Notes: generated from the sequence alone by a model not told the origin. Positions 24,601-37,099 are shown, counted from the whole stretch's first letter. The stretch is DNA of 54,665 bases, filler included, from Sphacelaria rigidula (GCA_964200075.2; 5 parts of 5 records of this genome joined end to end with filler, not necessarily neighbours in it); one strand, 5' to 3'. Made by a program: numbers and translations.

Positions 24601-25254
24601 CTTCCTTGAACAGATAAGAGGTGATCACCAAACGTTTTTTTCAGTTCACCGTCTTGGACATTGAGGGAGGCGAAGTTGCATTCGCAGTTGTATGCCCGGG
24701 CTTCTTTGCGAAAATTTTGGGCCGGAGCCTCAGAAGAGTTGTACAGGTGCTCCAACGCCGGCGGGAGAGGTGGCAAGCTGAAGAACACCTTTACCTTTCT
24801 TGCAGCAAATCCCCTTTGATTCTTTCGCGAAAAGCTTGGCGCCACGATGTTGACAGGGATCAACTATTTTTATATGAACCCCCAGAGATTCGCGCGCAGC
24901 CTGGACTGCTCGCTTCCGTTGTGCGATGACCTCCTGCAGTTGTGAGATGTCTTCCTCCTCAGCTATATCGGATACTGCAGGGTCGAAACGGTCCCTCCTC
25001 GCTGCTAGGAGCAACTCTCTACGGTGCTGTTAGTTACTTTCACGGTTAGCGCGTCGTCGGGTGTTGACGGTGGCGGTTTTCGTGCTATGCAGAAGTCGTC
25101 TCCTGTCGTTGATGGCATGTCTGTTATCCTCGTACCTGTTGCGTCTTGTGTGGTTGATTGCGGGATTTTTGATGGCATACCTCAAGCGTTCCCATTGGTT
25201 TCTCCGCAAGCGTTCTGCTTCCGAAGCGTGTTGATGTTCGGTGGAGTCGCTCAT
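24601..25254 (-). pseudogene. Helitron Rep/helicase N-terminal exon (Cys-rich zinc-binding region), disrupted
   Basis: CQHRGAKLFAKESKGICCKKGK, frameshift, then LPPLPPALEHLY...NFRKEARAYNCECNFASL...SVQGR matches the Helitron CxxC...CCxxGKV..LP..P..L...F...R.YN..F.S pattern; ends at an ag|gtgaga donor; Arg-rich N-terminus. No Rep or helicase exons are visible downstream. Confidence 0.8.
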
Positions 25255-25974
25255 AGTAGTGCTGACGAGTTACGCGGTACCGTCTCGCGTGAAGGGTGTC
25301 TGTGTGTCAAAGGTGTTGTATGTAACCGAGGTTGCACACCTGTGGTTGTGGCCCGCGGGTGGCCCGCCTTTTTTGTGGTCGGAAAGAGATTTTTCTTTGG
25401 TTCAGAACATGAGAAATTTCTTGCGCGAACGCCCCGCGGAGGCTGTGGTGGCCGACATGCGAGGTTTGTGTGCTGTCAAATGCGTTTGACCATGAGGTTA
25501 TAAACAGATGTTGAAGTGGGTTAGTGTGGAGGGGTTATAGAACGTTGTGCATAGTGTAATCTTCGCACGATCTGTACTCATGACCCGGGCGAACTCGTAC
25601 CTCCGAACAGGCTTGGACACTATCCGCAGCCGCCTCTCACTCGTACGCACCTTGCGCACAGCAGACAGAGACGTGGAACAAACATAGCCGCCGAAGATCC
25701 AACCTACAGAACTGCGGATCCACAGCACGCAGTACGTCCCACCACAAACTACCGCTGTAGCCTCGTAGTAGAGGTTGGGGTCTGTGGTGGTGAGTACAGG
25801 GTTTGGACGCTGTTTGCATCGGAGGAAGGTGTGTCTCACTTCAGACTCGGTGTTGTGCAATACAGCGGCGACAGCCTCGACGAAAAAAAACAAAAAGCAG
25901 TCCACCCATTTGTCAGTCATTTTTCAAGTTAACGACAGACGACGACCATTCCTGTCTGTAATATATTGACATGA

Positions 25975-26195
25975 AAGATGGTGGCCACAGACGGCGAAAC
26001 AGGACGGGGATAAGATTTGTAAAAGGTTTTCGTGTAGTGTATGGAAGAAAAGTAATGAGATTTTGAAGAAATTTAATGAGCGCCGGAATGTTGAAGGTGT
26101 CGCTATTGGGATAAGTAGGAACGGTGCTCCGTCTCGAGAGGGATGCGTGGTCAATGGTCAAACGACTAACGGAAGCAACAAATGAGTACGCCCCT
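25975..26195 (-). repeat. Dispersed repeat, putative 5' terminal region of the Helitron family
   Basis: Minus strand ggggcgtactcatttgttgc...gtttgaccattgaccacgcatccctctcgagacggagcac; copies at 16915-17100, 17315-17510, 26965-27050 and 49640-49725. Confidence 0.7.
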
Positions 26196-26964
26196 AACCT
26201 TGTCTGCATCTTTCGACAAGGTGAGGAACTAGGCGTCACCCACGTTCCTCAAAAATATATATTGTCGTTGGACACCGCGCCCAGCCGCGGCGTGCTCACT
26301 GATTGCTTGCTCCGAATATCTTGCGCGTCTTGAACCCACCAATGCTCCCCTGCGTACCGCACAGCCAGCAGCACGCTACGGCATTCAGCACTCCGTATTC
26401 ATGACCGTAGGTGGAGTACAGGACACGTGTCTCCGACCCCCATCCCTCCCACCCGTCAACAGGCAGGCGTATTTTGCCTTGTGAAAAGAACGACGCTTCC
26501 AAACCACAGCACAGCGCATGTCAAGACGATACTAGGCAATCTACGAATGAAGGGTCATCTAGCAGGCCGGATGTATCCAAGACAAACCAGACGAAGCGTG
26601 GCTTGGGAAAGTGTTTTAGTGGCGTCAATGACGCTCCAACCGACCTTGCTATCCACTTGCTACACACTTGCACGTACAGCAAGGCTTGCGATCGCCCACA
26701 AAGATCGCCCGGAAGGTCTCGAACTCTCGGGGAACTCGTCTCATCTCGCGTGCTTATGCGCGGGGGTGCGCCCGACGCTGCCACCGCAAACCCTAATATT
26801 GGCGTTTCGGATACTACTTTCCCAGCGTCGTGTAAAAAACCTGGTCCGCAACAGGAGGTGAGACACACACCACGCAACCAATAGCAATTTTTGAAGAAAG
26901 TACACCGGTCAAAGCCCCGTCATCATCGCTCTCCCCCCTACCTCCGCCACGGTCCGGCGAGAAC

Positions 26965-27050
26965 CCGGTGTGCTCCGTCCCGGCTTTGTAGGGATGCGAG
27001 GTCAATGGTCTTATGGCTACGGCATGCAAGGTCATGAGTACGCCCTTCCC
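26965..27050 (-). repeat. Short diverged copy of the same dispersed terminus
   Basis: Minus strand gggcgtactcat...gaccattgacctcgcatccct...gacggagcac. Confidence 0.6.
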
Positions 27051-27215
27051 CCCCTCAGCCGCCGCCACCACCATTCCCGCGCCAACCTTGAACGCAATTC
27101 ACCCTTTGATCGCGAGGGTGGGTCACCTGGATCTCAGAGACATTTTTGAAGTGAAAAGAAGCCTCAAGACCAAGACGATTCACCCTGGCGGCCAACAAAG
27201 CAAGCGACGGTTGCT

Positions 27216-27428
27216 TCACGCCGGTGTAAACCGGACACTACCCCCGTATGGCACCCCTGCTCCGCTACTTCTAGATCCGCTACCGCTACCACCGTCGTTC
27301 CGCCCGCCCCCAATGCCGCGCAGCCCTCCGCCTTGCGAAGGGGAAGCCGGACGTGCCCTGGCTCCAACAGAACGCGTGGCAAGGTTTTCGATGTGTTTCT
27401 CCACCGCCCCCAGGTTGTGTTCGTACGC
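27216..27428 (-). CDS. Probable terminal exon of a minus-strand gene (coiled-coil then Gly/Ser-rich tail)
   Basis: Acceptor atgcag|gcg, phase 0; AYEHNLGAVEKHIENLATRSVGARARPASPSQGG...RFTPA*. Confidence 0.55.
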   Translation of the reverse strand, partial: AYEHNLGAVEKHIENLATRSVGARARPASPSQGGGLRGIGGGRNDGGSGSGSRSSGAGVPYGGSVRFTPA

Positions 27429-27889
27429 CTGCATATTCGGACGGCAGTCAACATGGACGCGGGTTGCTTTTTTGAAACGTTGTCCATGTACTTACTGACT
27501 GCAGCGTAGGTAGAGTCCAGGGTACGACAGATAAGGTAGAAAGGGTACAGGGTGTTGTGGATTAGGGTAGGTGAGGAGCAGGGTACCGTAGGGATACCAC
27601 CCTCCTGAAAACCTCCCCAGGGTAATACGTTTTCGGCTATGTTTTGCACCACACCCGTATGTACAGTGCTGTATGGGCGTACATAGTACAACACGCCTTC
27701 TACATACAGCACCCCATGTGACGAACTTTTGCGGGGTGTGTATCCCCCGGTTTACATGAGGTTCTGGCTATTTTCAGCGGTGGATGAAAGTCCTGCATAA
27801 CTGAGAGCATTCTTGGTGACGGATGCACCCTGGCACCCTTGAATGCCATACAACGCCACGACTGTTCGGCGATCAATACCTTGGGTTCC

Positions 27890-28203
27890 TCCGAAATATT
27901 GATGTGTATCGAGACAAAAAAAATCGATGGGATACGGTATCCGATATCTGCTATGAAAAATTCGCGACATGGACAAGATATCCGATGCGTCGTGTCGCGT
28001 GAGATCACACGAAATCTGATACAAAAATGGGATATTCACCGCCAAACTTCTCCAAAACGTCTAGAAGCTAGGATCAACCTGATCTTGACACATGAAGCCG
28101 CACATATCGCGAGATACACACGATATATCGCAGGATACGAGATACGATATGGTACCGATATATCGTGCATTTTTGAGGCGATATCGGCACGAAACGTCGC
28201 GGA
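27890..28203. mobile_element. Degenerate MITE/foldback rich in GATAC/GATATC
   Basis: Left end tccg...tatcg...caaaaa...cgat..atacggta.c.gatatc aligns loosely with the reverse complement of the right end. Confidence 0.45.
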
Positions 28204-28649
28204 CTAGGGTAAGCCACGAATTCAAGATCTATGGATACTTTCTCGTTACGATGAAAGTAAACGGGACGATCAAACGGGACAACGCATGTCAGCAAGGAAC
28301 GTAGTAAAACGCGCATTTCATGGACATGCGGCTGGGTTCTGGTCGCTCACCTCTCCTCGGGAAGAGAACCAATCCACGAATCGCGCCGCCAAATCGCTCG
28401 CCCGCCTCGTCTTGGCATGTTCCGTTTCGAGGCAACAAACTTGAGATTCCAGGGACACCAGGTCCGACTGACGTGCGCGCAAGGCGCAGTCAGCGCGGAG
28501 TGCACTTAATGCCGCCTGCGTGTGTATTTGTTGTTTTGTCGATTTGTTTCATGTTTTCATTTTTGGTTCAGTTTTTGGTTCAGGGTAAGGGTTAGGATTG
28601 GAGCTCGGGTCAGGGTTAGGTTTAGATGTCCGTTTATTTTTTCGTTTCT

Positions 28650-29090
28650 AGTCTTGGTTCAACAAGAACAAAATAAAAGAACAGAGTACGTACAGTAAAT
28701 AGGATGAAAAGGCCGTGATGAGACAAGAACATTTATGTATGAAAGCATCATGATATCTACTAAAAAAACAACGTTTGCAGCAAGAAAGGAACAGAGAAGA
28801 AAATTGGAGAAGAGAACAAGGAAAGGCGAGACAAGGAAGGGAAGAAAATAAAAATATGGAAAAGGGCAAGGGCAAGGGAAGAAAAAGAAAAGGGAACGAA
28901 GAAGAGAAAGAAAACGAAAGAAGACAAGAAAAATAGAAATGAAAAGAAGGTGAAAAAGATGAAGAAGAAAAGGAAAAGGAAAAATAAAAAAGGAAAGGAA
29001 GAACGAAAGCAAAAGGAAACACAGAAAAAAACAAAAAAAGCAGAAAACCAAAACCATACAAGACAAGACAAAACCTAAACCAAAAACGGG
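28650..29090 (+). repeat. A/G-rich low-complexity tract
   Basis: Near-continuous purines (gaaaa/ggaaa); it produces spurious Phe/Leu/Ser-rich ORFs on the minus strand. Confidence 0.85.
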
Positions 29091-29524
29091 TAATGGGTCG
29101 ACAGAATCTTCTCGTGAGTGATGGGCGTTGGAAGTCTTAGTCAAAACAACTTCGGTGATCAGAATAACGTTCACACCGGCTTAGGGCTGTTCACACGAAC
29201 CGTAATCTAGTTTGTAAAACATCAATACACAGGTGCCTCGGAATAATACTGAGTGATAATAAGCTGATGACTACCCGAATAGATCGGTGGAGGAGTCTGT
29301 CATGAGTGGGTTTGTGTCCATGTTTTCGGCTAAAGGCTACGAGCTCGCCCGGGTCATTCTTCCCCACCCATGTGGCAGGGGCCGGCCATTTCTGTTTTTT
29401 TCTTTGTTTCTCGTGTCTTTGCTTCATTTTTTATTCCATTTTCATTTCTTAATCTAATCTGTTTGTTCTACCTATTGTCGGTTTTTATTCACTCTCCCGA
29501 TGGGAGTGTTTTAGTTTTGTTTCT

Positions 29525-29630
29525 TGTCTCGAATACATCCATCATATGGATTATGACCATAGCTGGATCACGACTCCTCGCGGGATCAATTAAAATGTGA
29601 CAATCAATCAATCGATCGATCAATCGATCA
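29525..29630 (+). mobile_element. 3' end of a non-LTR retroelement with a (CAAT)n tail
   Basis: gaccatagctggatc...gggatcaattaaaatgtgacaatcaatcaatcgatcgatcaatc. Confidence 0.55.
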
Positions 29631-29770
29631 ACCCTGTCACTTTGTTTTGAAGGCACGTCTAGCATGACCCGGCGAGAGTGGGTAATTATAGAAGATACAC
29701 ATAGCAGGCAAGATGATCGCTACAGCTTTGACCACTCGTTCTTCCTGCGGCTCAAGTTTTAGGGCATAAT

Positions 29771-29969
29771 GGAGAGTTTCGGCAAACGCCTGTTTGTCAT
29801 TTCAGAGTGCAGATATCTCAATATCACAGTGCGGAATAAAAAAAGCACCTTATCGAGAAAAAGTTAAGGGGATGCCACATTTGACGGAGGGGGAATAGTA
29901 TTTCGCTACACTCTAATCCTGAGATATTTGCACTCTGAAACGACATAAAAATGTTTTCCTACACTCTCC
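29771..29969. mobile_element. MITE-like element with ~60-bp imperfect terminal inverted repeats
   Basis: ggagagt...tgtcatttcagagtgcagatatctca versus tgagatatttgcactctgaaacgaca...actctcc. Confidence 0.75.
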
Positions 29970-30818
29970 AATAGCGCAAGTGGGACAGAGTCCATCGTAC
30001 TGTCCTTGAAATGTGTGTTTTGCACCAATGTTTCTCGACCCAAGCTTAGGATATTCCCATCGACCACCTCGTCAACTTGACCAATATTTGTCATCTGTGC
30101 ACCTTGATCAATATCCCGATTTCTAAGGGAAGCATGAGGGATAATTGGTGTCGGCTACATCTCGCCTCCGCATTGAAAATCTTGTCCTCCTGCCCAAGCA
30201 TGAGAAAAAGCGGCGCGACTCGAGTACCTGCGCGAAAGTATCTTTAGATGCCGTTTACTTTTTGTATATAGCAAAATAGTGAACGTAGTCGTGGACTTTG
30301 ATGTACTGACACGAACGTCTCCTACAAGTCAAGTTTCATATCTACAAAAATATGATATTTCAAAAAGTGTGAGATTCCATTATTGTGAGATATCGAAATG
30401 TTGAATTCAAAACTACATGCGCCCCTCATCCTGTAATTGAGATTCCAAGAATCCGACATTTCATACACCCGAGATTTTCGATGTTTAGATATTTCAAGAT
30501 TTGGAAACTCCAAGAATCTTGACATTTCATGCATCTGATGTTACAAACATTTGAGATTTCAAGCAAATATTTGAGATTCCAAAGCTCTGCGGTTCCAAAA
30601 TCTGAGATTTTGAAAATCAAATTTGACGTTTCGGGAACGTTCGTGTCAGTAAAATAGGGTTCGGGGCGATGAGCTACCTCGTCATTTTTAATGTGCCGGA
30701 AAACGAAATTTGATGAACAAAATATACCATAATTGCGGGAACATCCAGTCAGGTCTTGCCTCCATATTCGAAAATCGTTGTGTTTCTTGATGACCTCAAC
30801 ATCTACTAGTGGTCTCAC

Positions 30819-30938
30819 GTCCGCATATCGTGCGTCTGCTTTCAACGCCACTTCTTCCCGCGTGGCTGCCCCTTCTAGACACGCCTCCACTGTGCGAAGC
30901 CGCTCGCCGTTCGATTTAGAGAGCCCCTCCACGGATTT
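30819..30938 (-). CDS. Internal 120-nt exon (coiled-coil, KAD motif), probably the same gene as 27216-27428
   Basis: (TTG/CTG)n tract then ggcag| acceptor; KSVEGLSKSNGERLRTVEACLEGAATREEVALKADARYAD; donor |gtgaga; phase 0/0. Confidence 0.7.
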
Positions 30939-30946
30939 CTGCCGAA

Positions 30947-30982
30947 ACAACAGTAGCAGCAGCAGCAGCAACAACAACAACA
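30947..30982 (+). repeat. (CAG)n(CAA)n microsatellite forming the acceptor tract of the minus-strand exon
   Basis: acaacagtagcagcagcagcagcaacaacaacaaca. Confidence 0.85.
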
Positions 30983-32759
30983 AGTGTGGGGTCGACATAT
31001 GCGTCATGAGAACACAAGGGACGGCGTTTCGGTTGAAAAAAAAAGTTTTGATGGAAAAAATAAATAAGTAAAAATAATAGTTTAAAAAATAATGACAATA
31101 ATAAAAAACAAAACTAATGATAAGCAACAATAAAAATAATGCTGGTGAAAAATGATGACAGAAGTAATGTTGATCATAATACTGGTCATGATTGACTGAG
31201 AAGCGATAACAATAACAACGATATTAAAAATAGCATTAAGGCCGCTTCCTATATGGCCATTTTTTTCTGGACTTGACTGTTTTTCACCGTTCCTGCACAA
31301 AAATTCTTCTTTGGCCAAAATGANNNNNNNNNNCGTAAAACGACGTAAAAGCTCCAAAAAGACATTTTTCCGGGTTTTTATTCTTGTCTATTATAGGAAG
31401 CGGCCTAACAGTAACAATCATGACAACGAGAGTTTTTTTTTCTAGACCGTTGTTGCAACGAAATAAGTAATAATGGTAATGATAGCAATAAGCCATAATG
31501 ATGGTGTCATAAATAAAAAACTGCTGCATCTTACAGGGATGTGGGTTCATCTCCCTAATCCCCTCATGGCTACTTTTGTTTGTTCATGTTTCGATGCTTT
31601 TGTGCTATGGCCCACCTCCTCACAGCCCACAACTGCCCACACATAGCGATGATGGGAGTCAGCTCTCTCATACAACGTCCCGACACGCCTTCCAAAAGCA
31701 ACATACTACTGTGACACCCATGGGGAGTAGGGTGGACATTGTCGTCATGCAGCTGACAGTGCCGACGAGAAGCAAGATTTGATATTATTGGTTCTCATGT
31801 TGGATACTTTCGATGCGAAAATGTCCTTCTGTTTTTCTAAAGCGCTGTTGTTGCAACAGATACAACAATAATGGCAATAAATAGTAATGATCAACACCAC
31901 TAGATGTATTATTTGAAGACCTGACGAGGGTTTCTCGAGAAAGTTAACTGCCCTGAGGCTATTCGGTAGTGTTCTTACGGGCGAACATCACAGGAACAAA
32001 AAAAACAGGTGAAGAAATTGGCTAACTTCTCGAGCAGTCCAGCTACGCAAAGTCGGACGAAAATTTGAGTCCGAAGAGAAAAAGGGACGCCTACCATGAC
32101 TGTTCAATGCTCTTGTCGTTAGCCTTCCTAGATAAAAAACCTTAAGTTTCACTGATGAAGTTGCTGGACAAAAGCGGATTCCATCACAAGTAAGAGCAGG
32201 CTGCTTAATCTGAATGGAAGGGTTTTGAACTTTCATCTGTGACCTGTTTACGAACGTCTTTCTTTTGGGAAAATAAATAAATAAATAAATAATCGTGTTT
32301 ACAGTGTGCCCAAGGCATTCCGTTGGAAACTTGACAACGAAAAACAAGAGCAAACAAAAACACCAAATACACAAAGATACACACTCTCACGCATGGCCGG
32401 AAAATAGCTCGTCATCGTCAACCATATATATATATATATATACTTCCTCTGTCGCATAAGTAAAGGTACCTAAATTTGTACGACCCTTAACGATGTCCGT
32501 TTTTTTTTTTTAATAATGTTCAAAATTTGCAGCTCGTGCTTGAACCATGCCGCCGAGCGGCTGCCAAAAAAGTAGTCGGCCCAAAAATGGCCGTTTTATG
32601 CTCCTTTCCGAGGGGGAATAAAGTTTTTTTTTTTTATCGCCGCCGCCTTCACTGGGGCTTGCTGCCAGGAAGTCCCACGCGATAAAAAAAAAAAAACGAC
32701 ACGTTTTTCCCCCTCGGAAAGGGGCAGGAAACGGCCAGTTTTGGAACAAACACTTCTTT

Positions 32760-32859
32760 NNNNNNNNNNNNNNNNNNNNNNNNNNNNNNNNNNNNNNNNN
32801 NNNTTAATTAATTAANNNNNNNNNNNNNNNNNNNNNNNNNNNNNNNNNNNNNNNNNNNN
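32760..32859. other. Artificial 100-nt contig linker
   Basis: N44-TTAATTAATTAA-N44. Confidence 0.98.
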
Positions 32860-32941
32860 CCACTCCACTGATGCTTCCGAGTAGACCTTCGCTGCCGAAA
32901 GCTTGGCCAACTATTCCCCCATACTTTTGTTGGGTACGTCT

Positions 32942-33008
32942 ACCATGAGACCACGGCTGGACCCCTGGGGGGTCAGTTGAAGTGCGACAACCAATCAATT
33001 TACCAATC
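32942..33008 (+). mobile_element. 3' end of a non-LTR retroelement with a (CAAT)n-like tail
   Basis: accatgagaccacggctggacccctggggggtcagttgaagtgcgacaaccaatcaatttaccaatc. Confidence 0.55.
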
Positions 33009-33494
33009 TGTACTGGCTTTTACCCTTCAAGATCTCAAGAAATCTACGTACCGCTTGGTGCTCCTTCTCGTAGGTCATGTGGTCGGTCATCGGTAAGGTG
33101 TTTGTTTCATGAGTGTAGTAGGTCTTGATGTTTGCACCATGCATCGTCCACCGCTTCCCTCCATGCGCCTTCTGCACCTAATGTCGGAAATTTCTGGACA
33201 TGACTGACCAGATTTCCACCGCCCGATGGAAACCGGTAAGGTGTTACGGGAATTTCACCACGAGACCCCAACCTCCATGTGAGTTGGACATGGAGGGGGT
33301 GATGCCCCTACCCTATTCGTGCTGGTTATATCTTTCGTACTTTCGATTTGTATGTAAGGTGGCCAACCTCCACGCTATGACTTACATGTCTAGGTTTTGG
33401 CTATCATTCTTGTCCTACGTTTGTTATGATATGGGGGAGAATCTCGATTGTTCTCGGACTTGATATGGGAAAGTAGATATGTTACTTTTTGCTA

Positions 33495-34595
33495 CTCCAC
33501 GTTCATGTCGGGGCTGTGCGTCAGCTTCTTTATGTCATGTCTATATCCGGGCTGTGCTATGGTAGGTTAAATAGAAATGAGGGTTAGCTTTTCTATTTCC
33601 TGTCTATGTCTAGGCTGTGTTATGGTAAGTTACATTAAAAGGTTGGTTAGCTTCTCCATTTTATGTTCATGCCCCGGCTGTGTTACGGTAGATGAAACAA
33701 AAAGGAGCGATAACTTCCCTAGTCCATCTCCATGTCTGGGCTGTGTTGTGGTAGATTAAATTCAAAGGAGGGTCAGCTTCTCTATTTCATGTCTATGTCC
33801 GGGCTGCATTATGGTAGCTTAAAGAAAAACGAGGGTTATCTTCTCTATTTCGTGTCTATGTGCGGGCTCTGTTATGGCAGATTAAAGAAAAAGGAGGGTT
33901 AGCTTCTCTATTTCATGTCTATTTCCGGGCTGTGTTATGGTAGAGAAGATAAAAGGAGGGTTATCTTCTCTATTTCACGTCTATGTCCGGGCTGTGTTAT
34001 AGTAGGTTAAAGAAAAAGAAGGGTTAGCTTATTTATTTCATGTCTATATCCGGGTTGCATCCATCTCTATGGGCTGTATTATGGTAGGTTAAAGAAAAAG
34101 GAGACTTAGCTTCTCTCTTCCGTGTCTATGTCCAGGCTGTGTTATGGTTTGCTAAATAACAATAAGGTTGAGCTTCTTTATTTCATGTTCGTGTCCGGGC
34201 TGTCTTATGATGGGTTAGAGGAAAAGGAGGGTCAACTTCTCTATTTCATTTCTATGTCTGGGCTGAGTTATGGTATATTGAATATCAAGGAGGATTAGCT
34301 TCTCTATTTCATGCCTATGTCCTGGCTGTGTTATGGTAGGTAAAGAAAAAGGAGGATTAGCTTCTCTATTTATTTCATGTTTACGCCCGGGCTGTGTTAT
34401 GGTAGGTGAAAAAAAAAGGAGGAATAGTCTCTTCATTTTCATATCAATGTCCGGACTGTGTTACGGTAGGGTAAATAGCAAGGAGGGTTAGCTTCTTAAC
34501 GTCATGTCTTTGTCCGAGCTGTGTCATGCTAGGTCAAATACAAAGGAGGGGCAGCCTCCATATTTTCATATCTATGTCCGGGCTGTGATATGGTA
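33495..34595 (+). repeat. Minisatellite, ~59-60-bp unit, roughly 18 diverged copies
   Basis: Consensus ttcatgtctatgtccgggctgtgttatggtaggttaaagaaaaaggagggttagcttctctat in successive units. Confidence 0.95.
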
Positions 34596-35172
34596 TCGGA
34601 AAAAACAAAGTTTTGGTATATCACGTCTATATCCATTTTGTGTGTTTCTGAGGGGAAACAAATCGCGTTACTCAGGTTTTTGCATGTCTCTTGTGTCTCT
34701 CGGTCCGGGACTTTCTTTGTCTAGTGGTGGTCCCTGTGATACGTACGATAACAGTCAGTGCATTTCATGTCTAGGGTTTGGCGGCTTGTTTCACAGCGCC
34801 GTTGCCACTCGACGCCAACTCAAGAGTCTAGAGGTGAGGGGGGTGGGGGGTGGGGAGAGTTTGGGCTATTCCTTCCACGAAATTCCACTTTACATCGTCG
34901 TTAAAAGCAGCGCTGGTTATTCGAACGCATGTTAACCGATAAATAACACCCATTCATACTGCTTCACACCGTTTCCACCCATATACAAGCGCACCACGAG
35001 CGTGATAGGTCGTCTGATATACCGATGAGACTTTGTTTTACGTAGAATCACCCCACATCACCCACCCCCACCACCACGCCTCCCCCACCCCACCANNNNN
35101 NNNNNCCCTCTCGCGGCACACCACGGGCGGGATGGGGTCGCCTGCAGCCCCGGCATGCTTTTTTTTTCGTAG

Positions 35173-35204
<32 letters not shown>

Positions 35205-36228
35205 TATCGTAAGGTGACTCTCCTGGACTATCTGGACTACTCGGCTACCGAAATACCGACTTCTCCAAGGTACCTGTAGTACTGACGCTCGGAAGAACTG
35301 CGTAATCCAGAGTACCAGGAGTATCAACGTCCCAACTTACCTGCACTCGAACTGTACTCTATTCTAAGCACCTCCGAAGCCCTGGGAAAATATGGGCTTG
35401 AGCACGTAGTCATGCAGAATCATCACTATACATTCAACAGGTTGCAGCAAGAGCGAAACACCTGCCGCTGTTCGCCATCACCCTATCCGACGACACGTTC
35501 GACATCTATCTGCGCCACGATTGAGCCGTCTGTGCGCACCCGTTGCAAAATTGTGAATACTCGGGTCGGATTGACCACAAACGATTTCTCAACATGCTGA
35601 GAAGTGCGCAGAAAATTCCAGCGATTTCCCCCACACACACACTTCTGCGGATAGAAGTGGCTTTCAATCCTGACTATTTCAACTGCAGTCGATACGCCTA
35701 CCAACAAAACATCACGCAACGAGGTAATAAACTCTGTGAATATCTCCTCTTGTTTTGTGCATTGACCTCTGCATCCAGGGTCCGCGCTTCACTCTTGCAG
35801 TCGCCCTTTCAAGGTTCAGCGTCCTTGTACTCCACGTACGCGGGCGGTTGTACCGCAATAGCACCTGCGTATACGGAAATATTATCGCAGGCAGAACAGA
35901 GAGGCAGTGACGGGTCACACATGTGTTTTCAACCGTCATGGTACGCGAACATCAGCAGGCAGTCTCGCACGGACCGCAACGCTGCGGACGACGGGTACCC
36001 ACGTCCACCTGTTAAAGTCGCTCACCCTTCGAAGTCCACTCATATTCCGAAAGCATCGACGGGCGCACGCACAGTTCTATAATCGAAAGTACACCGGAAG
36101 GTGGATTCCACAGTTGAGAGCATGCAATGCCATCTTGGGAACGACCCATCGGAAAATATGTCCTTTCTGGTTCGAATCGAGAGCTTTTGCCCGTGAACGG
36201 CCACAGAAATGAAGCTGCCGTAGGCATT

Positions 36229-36416
36229 TCACGTATCACCTCGCAAGTGACATGGTGTCATGAGAGCAGGTGAAGCTGATGACTGCGGAGCGGCCAGTGC
36301 TCGCAGGTGATGGCGATTCGGCGTTTCGTACGCAGAAGGTGGGGGATCAACCGCCGTCGTCGTTTGAGATGCGGGAACTTGTTGAGACTCCCTCTCATGC
36401 CTTACGGACACGGCTC
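36229..36416 (-). CDS. Probable terminal exon (cytoplasmic tail) of the beta-propeller membrane protein
   Basis: Acceptor cctgtag|ga, phase 1; GAVSVRHERESQQVPASQTTTAVDPPPSAYE...GDT*. Confidence 0.5.
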
Positions 36417-37099
36417 CTACAGGACGTAGACGGCACGTGACAGTGGTGGGCGGACAAGATGGGATCAGCGAGGGGGTTCACATGTGGCGTGCGATTAAAC
36501 CCTTTCCGTCATTGCTTCATGAAAGCTGATAGGGGGCACAGAGGAGCCCATACGGTTTTCACCGTTGCAGGCGAGTTCTATGCAAGCGAGCATCCGAGCG
36601 AAAGCTGTAGGAGCGTGTACGCCACATTCACCTCTTGCAGAAAACAGGAGCCCCACAAGTGACATGTACGGTGAGCATATTCCACTGGGCTAAGAAAAAC
36701 GATCCATGCCCATCCTATGACCTTGCGAACAAACGAGACCTTGGCGATCACAAGACAGTCTAGGGCACTGACTCTACACAAAAGTCTGAAACAATGCACA
36801 GGGCGATTTGCCGCTCGGCACGAGTCCAGGTACTCGAAGGTCCCGCAAATGCACAACTTACGTTATGCTGACAGCACGAGTACACACGTCTCCGGCCTTG
36901 TATCTACAGCACACACCCCAGCGTGTGTGTGGAAAGACATGCCATGACCGAGTGTAGTACGGCGAGTTGGGTCCATGTGCACTTCGACACCGTTTATCGT
37001 GCAGCTCGCCAGTCTAACCAGCCGGGGAACGGACACAACTTTCGAAGAGTCTGCGATTTTGTCACACAATGCATGGCAATACTCCAGAGACGACCGTAC

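Noticed and set aside
26170..26195. tRNA gene (GGGGCGTACTCA resembles a tRNA 5' end)
   Set aside because: No B-box or cloverleaf downstream.
28580..28626. Telomeric repeat
   Set aside because: Only a few degenerate ggtta(g) units, internal to the fragment, with no array.
28648..29174. Hydrophobic Phe/Leu-rich membrane-protein ORFs
   Set aside because: Translation of a low-complexity purine tract, open in all three frames.
32995..33177. Possible minus-strand exon (VQKAHGGKRWTMHG...)
   Set aside because: Splice-like sites only, with no homology or phase-linked neighbours to support it.
33495..34595. CRISPR-like array
   Set aside because: The units are homologous along their full length with no unique spacers, there are no cas genes, and the context is eukaryotic.
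35543..36082. 179-aa plus-strand ORF
   Set aside because: No recognisable motif or coding-like composition; it lies downstream and antisense of the propeller gene.
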